From Thermodesulfovibrionales bacterium (lineage in GTDB: Bacteria > Nitrospirota > Thermodesulfovibrionia > Thermodesulfovibrionales > UBA6898): a stretch of DNA of 42,876 nucleotides. The notes below the pieces were generated by a model, which searched no databases, had not been told where the DNA came from, and saw nothing but the letters and a program-made list of their open reading frames with translations. The translations under genes and the position numbers were made by a program. Positions 34,376-42,876 of this stretch are shown here, piece after piece (position 1 is the stretch's first letter; every line of letters starts with the position of its first letter). The DNA is taken from NCBI GenBank assembly GCA_046707105.1, contig JBJKOV010000089.1, forward strand, positions 1-42,876, in the 5' to 3' direction.

Positions 34376-36118
34376 TCAGTGGGTTATCCAGTCACTTTTA
34401 TTCACTAGTTCCGGGGTTGGCCCTTTCGTCAGTTGGACGATATAACATCCCTTTGATGCGTACCTCTGCCCCGGGCCGAAACTGAAGCGCTCGTACAGCG
34501 GAAAAGTCTCTTCAGTTACAATCCCCCCCATCCCTACGAAGTTCTTGCTCATGCCGACGACGTCGAGCAGGTTGTCGCGGTAATATTGTCCGTTCATGTC
34601 CATCAATACCTGAAACAGAACCTTGATGGTCGAATATACCTTCTTTAGCGTAATCAGCGCATTGCCATGGACATTAGTGATCCCCATAAACGACTCGACC
34701 ATCTTTGTATATCGCGCCTCGTCCCGGGGCAGTCTGAAGGGATATGTGATATCGGTAAAATCACGTGCCCGGTCGTCTATGGTCCACATGGACTTGCCTA
34801 GATAGCCTGACGAAACAAACACCTCCCCGGGCCTGTTTTCGGCAGATGCCAGGGCTTTAAGAACAGGCAGGGAATCAGGCCCGTCCCATATGATAAGCGT
34901 GGACCGATTTCGCCCGGCCAGCACATTCTCCAGTTTCCCGGAAGTCAGATTCTCTCCCTTTTTCAGCGTAACTGTAACCGGGGCCTGATGTTTCAGGTTA
35001 AGCCACGTCTCGTTAAATCCCGTGGACAGGGCACGCCCCTCAGGCGAATCACGGACGATTTCAACAATTGTATCGTCCTTAAACGCTTCACCTTTTCCAT
35101 TTAGATAACGTGCAGCGCCTTCTCCTTCCTGGTAAAGGCCCTTGGAGAAATAGAGAGTATACCAATCCGTATCGGAGATGACGGGGAAATCTGTGATCGG
35201 AAGGATGCACGGGATGTGGTTGTCTTCGCTGAATCTGTGGATCGGCAGCCATTCTCCCTTCGTCATCCCCCCCAAAAGGGCAAAGACCGGCTCCTCTCGG
35301 TAATATTTTTCCAGTTGGCGCCGCCAGGTCTCAGGCGGACCTTTTAACAGCCAGACGGACAGCGATAATCTCTTGTAAGCCGCCTCCCTTGAAAGCAGCA
35401 TGGACCTGGCCATCAGGGCCTGTCTGGGGTCCCTCTCGTAAGTACGAGCCATATTATTTTTAAGCCTGATATAATTCTCAAGAGGGATGAGCATCGCGTC
35501 GCGATCTTCGGGGCTGACATCGTCGGTGATGACGGTCGCAAATCTGAGCGCAGCATCCGAAACGCCCGGCGAAAAATGCGTGGAAAGCGACTCCAGATAG
35601 AATATGAGGAAAGCCAGGTCCTTATCGTCGACCATATACCGGGGCATAACTTCATTGAGTTTCCGACCTGAAGGGTCTATACCGGAGCGTAGTGTGTCCG
35701 CCAGTGATTTGTCGGTATATGCCGGCCGGAAGGGAGGGACTGAGGTTACTTCAAAGCCTTTATAAACGGCCTTGAGCGGGTGAAAGAGACTGCTCCCGTT
35801 GACGGGCGGAGTGACGACATTGCCCTCATAAGAGCCCAGCCCGCTTCTCAGGTGACAGCTGACGCAGGTAAAGGCGGTTCCCGCAACCGGGATGTCCCCT
35901 TTCACAACAGCCTGCATCGGCTCTCCCGAGGCCAGTATCCCCTCCCGGTAAATCCTCTCTCCAATGCGCAATGCCTCTTCCCGTGACACCCCGGAAATGG
36001 TGACAGGCCCCCCGCCGCCAGCTCTCGCCGGATCAATGCAAACAAGCGACAGAAGAATTGAAACGAGGCCGAAAAGCAGAATAATTGGATTGCCCCGGTC
36101 TTTGCCCCGGGACTTCAT
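34376..36118 (-). CDS. Fusion protein: N-terminal mono-haem c-type cytochrome domain + type-1 periplasmic binding protein (Leu/Ile/Val-binding-like) domain
   Basis: 580 aa with signal/anchor ILLFGLVSILLSLVCIDPARA. It has a single CxxCH (FTCVSCH). The C-terminal ~430 aa follow the PBP1 pattern (NHIPCILPITDFPVIS...YTLYFSKGLYQEGEGAARYL...IVEIVRDSPEGRALSTGFNETW). The start overlaps the SCO1 stop by 4 nt. Confidence 0.6.
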   Translation of the reverse strand: MKSRGKDRGNPIILLFGLVSILLSLVCIDPARAGGGGPVTISGVSREEALRIGERIYREGILASGEPMQAVVKGDIPVAGTAFTCVSCHLRSGLGSYEGNVVTPPVNGSSLFHPLKAVYKGFEVTSVPPFRPAYTDKSLADTLRSGIDPSGRKLNEVMPRYMVDDKDLAFLIFYLESLSTHFSPGVSDAALRFATVITDDVSPEDRDAMLIPLENYIRLKNNMARTYERDPRQALMARSMLLSREAAYKRLSLSVWLLKGPPETWRRQLEKYYREEPVFALLGGMTKGEWLPIHRFSEDNHIPCILPITDFPVISDTDWYTLYFSKGLYQEGEGAARYLNGKGEAFKDDTIVEIVRDSPEGRALSTGFNETWLNLKHQAPVTVTLKKGENLTSGKLENVLAGRNRSTLIIWDGPDSLPVLKALASAENRPGEVFVSSGYLGKSMWTIDDRARDFTDITYPFRLPRDEARYTKMVESFMGITNVHGNALITLKKVYSTIKVLFQVLMDMNGQYYRDNLLDVVGMSKNFVGMGGIVTEETFPLYERFSFGPGQRYASKGCYIVQLTKGPTPELVNKSDWITH

Positions 36119-36699
36119 TGTCCGAGCACCTTATTGTATTCGGCCATGAGGTCCGATGTTCCTATGAGACCGTAAATGCGGACCCATCTGCTGTCAGCGG
36201 ACGAATGCAGAAAAGCCAGCGGCAAGTGAGACATCTTGTCAGGGACATATGCGTCGAACGCCTTTACAACCTTTTCGACATCCTTCCGGGAACCTGTCAG
36301 AAACTCCCATCCCGGCCTGGCATTAAACCGTTTCAGATACTGCGTCAATCTTTTCGGAGTGTCATTCTCCGGATCTATCGAAATGGAAATAAGCTGCACA
36401 TTGCCGGAATCCGGTCCAATTCTCCTCTGGAAATTTGCAAAGCCAGCTGAAAGCACCGGACAGATCGTTGTGCATGTTGTAAAGATAAAGTCCACCATCG
36501 CCACCTTTTTTGAGTAAAGCAAGGTCCTGAGTTTCACTTTCGCTCCATACTGGTCCACAAGCGTCACGTCGGGAACCACGTAGTCTTCAACAGTCCGTTT
36601 GTATTTTCCACCTGTTGCAGCGTGAACCGCTTTCACCGGAAAGAAGTAAGTCATCAGTAGCAAAAGGATTGAGACTGAGATTGCCATCCTCATTTTCAC
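36115..36699 (-). CDS. SCO1/SenC-family copper chaperone (thioredoxin fold)
   Basis: 194 aa with a signal peptide. The motifs are VAMVDFIFTTCTTICP (CxxxC), ISISIDPENDTPKRLTQYLKRF, and a downstream His (MSHLPLAFL). Confidence 0.8.
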   Translation of the reverse strand: MKMRMAISVSILLLLMTYFFPVKAVHAATGGKYKRTVEDYVVPDVTLVDQYGAKVKLRTLLYSKKVAMVDFIFTTCTTICPVLSAGFANFQRRIGPDSGNVQLISISIDPENDTPKRLTQYLKRFNARPGWEFLTGSRKDVEKVVKAFDAYVPDKMSHLPLAFLHSSADSRWVRIYGLIGTSDLMAEYNKVLGQ

Positions 36700-36794
36700 T
36701 TGTAGGTCTCCTTGTAATTACTTCTTTAAACTTTCCCGCCGCATCTTAATCAGAAAAGTTCATTCTCGGACAACGCCGGGGCGCCTCTTGCCAG

Positions 36795-36835
36795 GATAAA
36801 ACAGAGGGCCGACGCTCTCCCCGTCGGCCCTCTGT
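36795..36835 (-). terminator. Intrinsic terminator between the multicopper oxidase gene and SCO1
   Basis: A perfect 14-bp stem, acagagggccgacg (36801-14) with cgtcggccctctgt (36822-35). On the minus strand it is followed by TTTTAT. It lies 29 nt after the MCO stop. Confidence 0.6.
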
Positions 36836-36863
36836 GACTAAAGGAATCTTTCCCAGGAGCAGA

Positions 36864-39800
36864 TCACTGAATGATCAGATTCTGTATGATCAGCGCACCG
36901 CTGCCGCCCCCGACCGAGAGCGATCCCTGCAGGGTTGTCATTCCTGTATGCGCGAGGAACGATGAATCGTAGCCGCCTATAAAAGTGACAATACCGACCG
37001 CGGGCGTGAAGATGATGTTCTCGTTGATGAACGGGACCGCCCATGCTTCGATGGTGTTGCCGTTAGTAGCATCGCCGAAGGCGCCCGTGAGATTCACATA
37101 GTAAGTACCGATGGGCGAGAGGAGCACTGTCCCCGCCTGGCCGGCGACAGTAACAGTCAGAGGCGCGGACGTCACGTCAGGAGTCGTCGATGTCAAACTG
37201 GTCCGCACGTCGACTGTTAGTGTGTAGCTCCCTATAGGAGTGTTGGCAGGCAGGGTCCACGTGGTGCCGATACCGTAATCCTGTACTACGCCCCCGTCCA
37301 GATTGAACCGATATTGATAGGGGACGGTGGAGCCAGTGGCTGTCGGGGTAAACACTACCGCCGTACCCATCGCATAATGCTCAGGCAGCGGGCTGCCGAG
37401 AGGGGCCGGGTCCGCAGCAATGTCAACTCCGGTGGCTTTAGGCCAGCTGTCTGTAGTCACAGTCGCCGTGTTGGAAGGGGTGGAATCTCCTATAGCGTTG
37501 AATGCGATAACGCGATAGCAGTAAGTAGTGCCCGAATCTACCAGTGTGTCGGTATAGGTGGTAATGGAAGCAGCGACCGTTATAATCGGCGACAGATTGC
37601 TGCAGTCGTTAGTAGACCGTTCGATCCGGAACCCAGTCTGCTGATTGGGCTCTGATGCCGCTATACCGGCAGTCCAGTTCAGTACGACAGTGTTCGATTG
37701 CGTTGCAGGCGGCACTACCGGCCCCTTGTCTGCCGTAAGGCTGGTAGGAGCCGGAGGCGCAGCGGTCGGCACCTGAAATACGATCGGCCGCATCATGTCG
37801 TTTTCTTCATGTCCCAGGAGGTGACAATGCCAGACGTATTCCCAGTAGAAGTCCGTAAGTTCGTTGGTTGTTGTAACAGGGGCGTTTGTATAGGGGTCCA
37901 CATTAATAAACTGATCCCCCGTGCTGTGAAGCGGCCTTGTCACGTCCAGGGGCCGGATGCTGTCGGGCAGCGGTCCCCAGGATAACGGTATAGACGGCTT
38001 AATGGGCTTCAACGCAATGATCACATCTTCCAGCGGGTTCATCCTCACCGTTTCCTTCCAGCCGAGCTCGTTGGAGTCGGGCGGCCTGACGGCCCCGTCC
38101 CATCCTACACGGTTGATCAGCTGGACATTGAAAAGGTGGACATGAATGGAATGTGTGTCCACACCGTTATGGGTTACCTTCCAGACCTGGGTCTCGCCGT
38201 TCTTTATTATCTCGGTGGGCGGATCGACATAGCCAAGCGGTATCGTAGTCTGAGTCGTAAAGTTGGTAAGCGGCAGCTCGGTACCCAGTGTCGCGTTCAT
38301 TCGCCCGTACTTGAGTTCGAAAAGCTCCTGAATGGCCTTCCGGATTATCGGAAGCGTTATCGGCCTGCCCGTCTGCATGCCGGTCACAGGGTCTATGGGC
38401 GTAAAAGTAAGAGAGGTATCAAAGATACTCGAGTATGTGTCGGTGAACATCGTGCCGAATGCAGCCCCTAAAACGGACTCCGGTACGATAGGCGTGGGCT
38501 GCGTTTCGGCAAAGGGCCCCTGGGCAGGGGGTGTCGGCGCGAAGGCGCTATCAAGTCCGGCCACGTCGAACGGCCCAGCCGCCGCACCGAGGGTTGAGTC
38601 AATCTGGAACTGCATCATGGTGCGGGTGTTGGGGCCGTAGCCCGGCAGGGTCGAAGGCGCTCCGCCCGTGTCGGTCTGGTCGGGGTCGCCGGTGTAATAG
38701 TCGTAACGCGTGTCGTATGCAGGGATAGGCGCCGGCGAATCGTTATACATAATAAGCCGGGAACCGTCAGGCACCTGGGAAAAGTCGATAATGATGTCCG
38801 CCCGCTCTGCAGGTCCAAGCATGATTGAGTGGTTCGAGACGTTCAGTACCACAATGTCCCTGCGGTTGTAGTTATATCCAACAGGAGTAGAAGGCACAAT
38901 CACAGGCGCCGGAAGCAGGCCGCCTTCGTTGCCTATCTGGATAATTGCGGGCCCGGCGGTTGAAGGGTCGGGCACGCCGCCGTCTCTTGAATCCGTCGGC
39001 CACGTCGTGGGCCAGCAGCCCGCCGGCAGTCCGGTCCCGTTGTTGATCGGGTAGCCGGTGCCGTCAACAGCGGCAATGGCAAGGCCGTTGGGGTCTGTAG
39101 TTGTGGGGGTACAAAGGGGCGGGGTCGAAGACGACGCATGCGGCACGGCAGGGACCATATTAACTTCAGTGCATATAGTCGTGGGACCGTTATCTGAAAC
39201 AGTCCCGTTACAGACATTGCCGTTTGCATCGGCGGCATAATACAACTGCAGGCCTATCGTGCGGTCATTGCTTGCGTTAAGGACCCTGAACCGGTAAGCC
39301 TTTTTCCCCACCTTAAAGACCGGGTAAGCGGTGCCGTTAATGATCGGGGTGTCCATAAACGCCTCCGGCACAATGGAGGGATTGGGTGTCCCGGGACACA
39401 TTACACCTGTCGGATAGCCGGGGCACTGGACGGGCTGGCCCACCAGAGTAGAGGGGTCCATTGGAGGCCAGAACCAGGGTCCGTAGTCCCACCGGCCCAT
39501 AGCGTTCACGCCGGCTTCGTCTGCCGGGTTCTGGTTCGGCATATATACATGCGGGAACCAGAGATTGCCGTATCCCCCCCATTTGGCGGTGTCCCACGTA
39601 GGGTCTTCGGCCGCCAGCTGGGCGGGCGGGGGCACGAAACTCTTGTCCTGAATAATAAGGGGGACGCCCCAGTTGTAAACCCCTCCTCCGACGGCGCCCT
39701 GGGTCTTATCGAGCCCGGCCTGGTCCGGAATAACTCCGGTACTGATAAGGTTGTCCTCCACGGGATCGTGAATTATATATCCTGCGGCCTCTCCGGCGTA

Positions 39801-41054
39801 GACGTTCAGGCGGGTGATGCCGAAGGCGTGGTCGTGGTAAAACATCAGCCTGGAGCTCAGCCCGTTGGGCCAGTAATAAGTCCCGAGCCCGTCATCGTCG
39901 CTTGGGGTAAAGCATGCATTTCCTGTCGTATCGGCACACGCAACCCCCGAGCCGTTTACCATATCGGGGACGTTCCGGAAACTCAGCCCCTTTTTGAACA
40001 TAGTCGTTTCCCCGGGCGGAGTGACCCACTGGTGGGGCGTTCCGTCGCTGATCCAGGGGTTATCGCCACCGTGGAGGTGGAACAGGGCGCGATTGGGAGA
40101 GTAACTGGCACAGTTCTGTGTATCAAAATTGCACGATCCGCCCTGAGAGTCAAGAGGTCCCTCACCTGCGCCCATGATCGTAGTGTCTACGGGCAGGAAG
40201 TAGCCGCTGTTCGGAACGATCTGGTTTACGAGCTCGACACGCGTGGGTGTGTGCCGGGAGGCTACGATCAGCGGCCCCATATAGTGGGCGACACTACCAC
40301 CATCGGCCTGGGGGGAAAGGTCCGCATAACCGCGCAGGTGGGTCGCGGGCAGATCGGAATGCATCTGTTCGGTATAGTCCACGACTCCGATTCTGTAATA
40401 ATCAGATGCGGGAAACGTAGTCGTATCGGCCCTTGCTATAGGGATGAACTGGCCGAGATCGTTGTGGTTCGCCGACCCTACACCGGGCAATGTGTCGACA
40501 AACTTCCTCATTCCCCCGGAGATAGCGTAGCCGCTGCCTCCGTTCGTAACGGTTATGACCGTAATAACTCCTTGTTCCACCGTTGCCGTGGCGGCAGCGC
40601 CTGAACCGCTGTTGCTGATGATGCTAACGTTGGGAGCGTTGTAGCCGCTGCCCCCGTTTATAACCGTGATGCCTGTAATGACGCCGCCCTGTACGGTTGC
40701 TTTAGCAGTAGCGCCCGTTCCGTTGCCGAAATCACCTATCGAGACAATTGCGTCGACTGCCGGGAGCGGGCTGTTGGCATAGTTCGGAGTCGTCCCCAGA
40801 TAATCCGGCATCCCTCCGGGAGTAACGGCAAGAAGCGAATATGAGCCGCCGACTGCTGCACGGCCCGCAGCAGCGCGGGCCGCGGCGGCCTCCCTGTCAC
40901 AATTTGAAATACTTCTCATTACTCCCTCGGTGTACGTATAATGGAGCGTGCCGTCGCACTGCGACGGCTGCGCCCACACGTTACCGGTCCCCCAGGAAAG
41001 AACAGCAACTATCGCGACCAACCCTGCAAACATCACCAGACTTCGTCTGTACAT
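36864..41054 (-). CDS. Large secreted multicopper oxidase (CotA/bilirubin-oxidase/MofA-like copper motifs) with FN3 and Ig-like C-terminal modules
   Basis: 1396 aa. The N-terminus MYRRSLVMFAGLVAIVAVLSWGTGNVWAQ is a possible Tat-type RR signal. All four MCO copper motifs occur in order: FHLHGG, YHDHAFG, HSIHVHLF and WHCHLLGHEENDMMRP. An FN3-like module follows (FRIERSTN...TYTDTLVDSGTTYCYRVIAFNAIGDS). The N-terminus has duplicated GG(V/I)IT.ITV.NGGSGY motifs. Confidence 0.85.
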   Translation of the reverse strand: MYRRSLVMFAGLVAIVAVLSWGTGNVWAQPSQCDGTLHYTYTEGVMRSISNCDREAAAARAAAGRAAVGGSYSLLAVTPGGMPDYLGTTPNYANSPLPAVDAIVSIGDFGNGTGATAKATVQGGVITGITVINGGSGYNAPNVSIISNSGSGAAATATVEQGVITVITVTNGGSGYAISGGMRKFVDTLPGVGSANHNDLGQFIPIARADTTTFPASDYYRIGVVDYTEQMHSDLPATHLRGYADLSPQADGGSVAHYMGPLIVASRHTPTRVELVNQIVPNSGYFLPVDTTIMGAGEGPLDSQGGSCNFDTQNCASYSPNRALFHLHGGDNPWISDGTPHQWVTPPGETTMFKKGLSFRNVPDMVNGSGVACADTTGNACFTPSDDDGLGTYYWPNGLSSRLMFYHDHAFGITRLNVYAGEAAGYIIHDPVEDNLISTGVIPDQAGLDKTQGAVGGGVYNWGVPLIIQDKSFVPPPAQLAAEDPTWDTAKWGGYGNLWFPHVYMPNQNPADEAGVNAMGRWDYGPWFWPPMDPSTLVGQPVQCPGYPTGVMCPGTPNPSIVPEAFMDTPIINGTAYPVFKVGKKAYRFRVLNASNDRTIGLQLYYAADANGNVCNGTVSDNGPTTICTEVNMVPAVPHASSSTPPLCTPTTTDPNGLAIAAVDGTGYPINNGTGLPAGCWPTTWPTDSRDGGVPDPSTAGPAIIQIGNEGGLLPAPVIVPSTPVGYNYNRRDIVVLNVSNHSIMLGPAERADIIIDFSQVPDGSRLIMYNDSPAPIPAYDTRYDYYTGDPDQTDTGGAPSTLPGYGPNTRTMMQFQIDSTLGAAAGPFDVAGLDSAFAPTPPAQGPFAETQPTPIVPESVLGAAFGTMFTDTYSSIFDTSLTFTPIDPVTGMQTGRPITLPIIRKAIQELFELKYGRMNATLGTELPLTNFTTQTTIPLGYVDPPTEIIKNGETQVWKVTHNGVDTHSIHVHLFNVQLINRVGWDGAVRPPDSNELGWKETVRMNPLEDVIIALKPIKPSIPLSWGPLPDSIRPLDVTRPLHSTGDQFINVDPYTNAPVTTTNELTDFYWEYVWHCHLLGHEENDMMRPIVFQVPTAAPPAPTSLTADKGPVVPPATQSNTVVLNWTAGIAASEPNQQTGFRIERSTNDCSNLSPIITVAASITTYTDTLVDSGTTYCYRVIAFNAIGDSTPSNTATVTTDSWPKATGVDIAADPAPLGSPLPEHYAMGTAVVFTPTATGSTVPYQYRFNLDGGVVQDYGIGTTWTLPANTPIGSYTLTVDVRTSLTSTTPDVTSAPLTVTVAGQAGTVLLSPIGTYYVNLTGAFGDATNGNTIEAWAVPFINENIIFTPAVGIVTFIGGYDSSFLAHTGMTTLQGSLSVGGGSGALIIQNLIIQ

Positions 41055-41413
41055 AAGTCCCCCTTTTGAATTTCCATTGTTCCCGTAATATCGTCTTACT
41101 TTAGTTTTAGTTCAGCCGGACTTAAGGCCGCATTACATCACATAACGCGGCTGTTTTCTCCCCTCTTCGCTGCTTTTCCGGCAGAAGTCGGGGATCGGGA
41201 ATAATATTCTTTTTACCGCGGGGAAACTTCAGCTTTTGCTTTCCCCCCCCTCTTAACGCTAAGTCGTATCAGATGATCACATTAAGTTTAAATATATCGC
41301 GTACCTTCGTGCTATCAGACAGAAACTTTTTTTTCTGTAGGAGTTTGTCTTACAAATTTTTAGGCTTAGACAACAACAGATCCCTCAGACAGCCTCGTCA
41401 CAAATGATCTCAT

Positions 41414-42325
41414 TCAGAGTGCCCAGAAATCCTTATTCCTGCTAAGCCAGGCCTTGAGACGCCTCGGTATCCTGCCTTCAGAAAGTCCAAGCTGAAAGGC
41501 CAGGTATTTCAGGGCGGCTTCGAGACACCCATAGGGTATCCAGGCCCATTCTTTCTCTCTCGCAAGAAAGCTCGTCTGCTCCCGGAGAAACCTTATTCCC
41601 TCTCCCGAAGGGGGGACCAGATCGAGCATCCACCTGTTTCTGCCCAGAGCCACGCCTACATCAAAGTATCTTCCAAACTGCTCATTGAGTGAATAATGGT
41701 GCGAATGATATACAACGGCAGAAGGTTCATATGCCACCTTATAGCCTTTCAGGATCATTTTGGAGGCGAGAAGCATGTCTTCATTCATTATGGTCTTCTC
41801 GGGAAAGCCGCCGAACTCTTCGAATTCCTTCCTCCTTGCCGCGGAGCAGGCGTTCGAGAAGAAAAAAGTCTTGATCCCCATAGACCTGATATGATCTCTG
41901 CCCTTCACCTCCGCATTTTCCGGGTAATTGAAAGCCCTCGCGAAACGCTCAAGCGGAGCAGCGTCTTCCCCCGCTATCTGCCGCCCATAACATAGCGCAA
42001 TACCCGGGTCCTGCAGAGGCCTGAGAAGATTTTCAACAACGCGTTCATTTGACGGCAGTACATCCTGAGTCATGAAAATTAAATGGTCGCCGGCCGACGA
42101 CCTGACACCCAGGTTACGTGTACCCCCATGATCAAAATCTTTCTTGTCTATGACGATAGTCTTTGCTCCATGGGCTTTGGCAGCCGCAACTGTTCCGTCG
42201 GAAGAAGATGAGTCGACAACGGTTATTTCGCAGGAAACCGTCTGGAGTTTCAATGCCTCCAACAAATCAGGGAACCGTTTCCCCGCATTCCAGGTAGGGA
42301 TAATAATGCTGATAATATCTGCCAC
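41414..42325 (-). CDS. Family-2 glycosyltransferase (rhamnosyltransferase-like)
   Basis: 303 aa. The GT2 motifs are IISIIIPTWNAGKRF, ITVVDSSSSDGT, DHGGTRNLG and FMTQDVLP. Confidence 0.85.
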   Translation of the reverse strand: MADIISIIIPTWNAGKRFPDLLEALKLQTVSCEITVVDSSSSDGTVAAAKAHGAKTIVIDKKDFDHGGTRNLGVRSSAGDHLIFMTQDVLPSNERVVENLLRPLQDPGIALCYGRQIAGEDAAPLERFARAFNYPENAEVKGRDHIRSMGIKTFFFSNACSAARRKEFEEFGGFPEKTIMNEDMLLASKMILKGYKVAYEPSAVVYHSHHYSLNEQFGRYFDVGVALGRNRWMLDLVPPSGEGIRFLREQTSFLAREKEWAWIPYGCLEAALKYLAFQLGLSEGRIPRRLKAWLSRNKDFWAL

Positions 42326-42675
42326 GCCCCTCGATCCTTCGTCTAATGCCGCATTAGTCCAATGCCCAGGTACCGTGGAGGGAATCCGAGTATGCCGGAA
42401 ATACCGGGATTCCGGGAAAGAGCACCGGCAGGATGTGTTCGCGGCCTGATTCTTCGAAATCGGGGGTCCCGGGCCCCACTGCCGGCCTTTCCTCGCTTCT
42501 TTTCATGCTGAGCTAATTGTAAAGCATTTTCAAATTCCACCGCAACAGAACCCCACCGGAAACGTTTTGCATCTTCTTATGACGGGGCGGCGAACAAAGC
42601 TCCGGCAACATACAGTCGGCCGGCAGTGGATTGACTGCCATGGAGAAGGATAGCTTTGGTAAAACCGTTCTCCTG

Positions 42676-42684
42676 TGTTATAAT
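42676..42684 (+). promoter_or_regulatory. Extended -10 promoter element (TGtTATAAT) immediately upstream of the GspE-like start
   Basis: tgttataat occupies 42676-42684. The ATG at 42690 is the sixth nt after the -10 hexamer, with no SD. This is compatible with a leaderless transcript. Confidence 0.35.
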
Positions 42685-42689
42685 TTTTA

Positions 42690-42876
42690 ATGCCTGAAAT
42701 GGAAGCGTCTTCCGCCGTCAGTAAACAATTCCTTACGCTTGACGACCTACCGAAGATTCCTTTCGTCATGAATGGGATATCGTCCCGTTTCATAAGGGAA
42801 AACATGGTCGTCCCCCTCGAACTCAAACAAAACACCCTGAAGGTGGCCATGGCAGACCCCGGGGACAGGGATACGA
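42690..42876 (+). CDS. GspE/PilB-family secretion ATPase, N-terminal fragment (3' end outside window)
   Basis: An open frame runs from ATG 42690 to the window end, with an in-frame stop at 42681. The translation is MPEMEASSAVSKQFLTLDDLPKIPFVMNGISSRFIRENMVVPLELKQNTLKVAMADPGDRDT. The pattern (F.REN.V.PL....L.VAMADP.D) is typical of the T2SSE/PilB N-terminal domain. Confidence 0.5.
   Translation, partial: MPEMEASSAVSKQFLTLDDLPKIPFVMNGISSRFIRENMVVPLELKQNTLKVAMADPGDRDT

Noticed and set aside
39549-40604. 351-aa plus-strand ORF opposite the multicopper oxidase gene
   Set aside because: This is a shadow ORF. It has no motifs, its composition is Arg/Gly/Val-rich, and the opposite strand carries ordered MCO copper motifs.
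42343-42850. Minus-strand ORFs 42343-42540 and 42530-42850
   Set aside because: They have no motifs. The second is antisense to the GspE-like N-terminus, which has a recognisable conserved pattern, and both fall in a divergent intergenic/5' region.

Overview
This is a 42.9-kb bacterial chromosomal window. Its gene content (NuoB/hydrogenase-type subunit, radical SAM enzyme, tandem USP, Crp/Fnr, SCO1, c-type cytochrome) suggests an anaerobic or microaerophilic Gram-negative organism. The taxon cannot be determined by eye. Most genes lie on the minus strand.

Left third (367-9835): a polysaccharide export module.
- It holds a Wzy_C/O-antigen-ligase-TPR fusion, a Wzc-type tyrosine autokinase, a Wza-type export protein and a SPOR + beta-barrel outer-membrane protein.
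- A divergent trio follows: a PPIase-chaperone-like protein, a HAMP protein and an HExxH protein.
- The module is bracketed by two inverted copies of a ~150-bp hairpin-rich repeat (216-370 and 10972-11120).

Centre (12805-24310): the most unusual locus.
- An 8.3-kb gene encodes a 2781-aa secreted protein with about nine DUF11-type repeats and a C-terminal gingipain-like C25 cysteine protease carrying a His/Cys dyad.
- It is preceded by a sigma54-type promoter motif.
- ATGA stop/start overlaps couple it to a PqqD-like protein and then a radical SAM/SPASM enzyme.
- Short SD-containing gaps then lead to a 54-codon Cys/Gly/Pro/Ser-rich candidate precursor peptide, an HPr-kinase-like P-loop protein and a Ser/His S26-type peptidase.
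- This is a RiPP-style maturation cassette wired to a giant adhesin-protease. I cannot assign it to a named system.

Right part:
- ChrA, an ABC exporter, a tandem USP, Crp/Fnr, DUF2892 and three unknown proteins.
- An initiator tRNA-Met, a thioredoxin-like protein, a 9-bp x ~8.5 tandem repeat and dCMP deaminase.
- A copper module: a 1396-aa multicopper oxidase, a terminator, SCO1/SenC and a cytochrome c-PBP1 fusion.
- A GT2 glycosyltransferase and the 5' end of a GspE/PilB-type ATPase.

No CRISPR array, transposase, integrase or rRNA was seen. All calls rest on motif recognition by eye and hand-counted coordinates. No database search or folding was possible.
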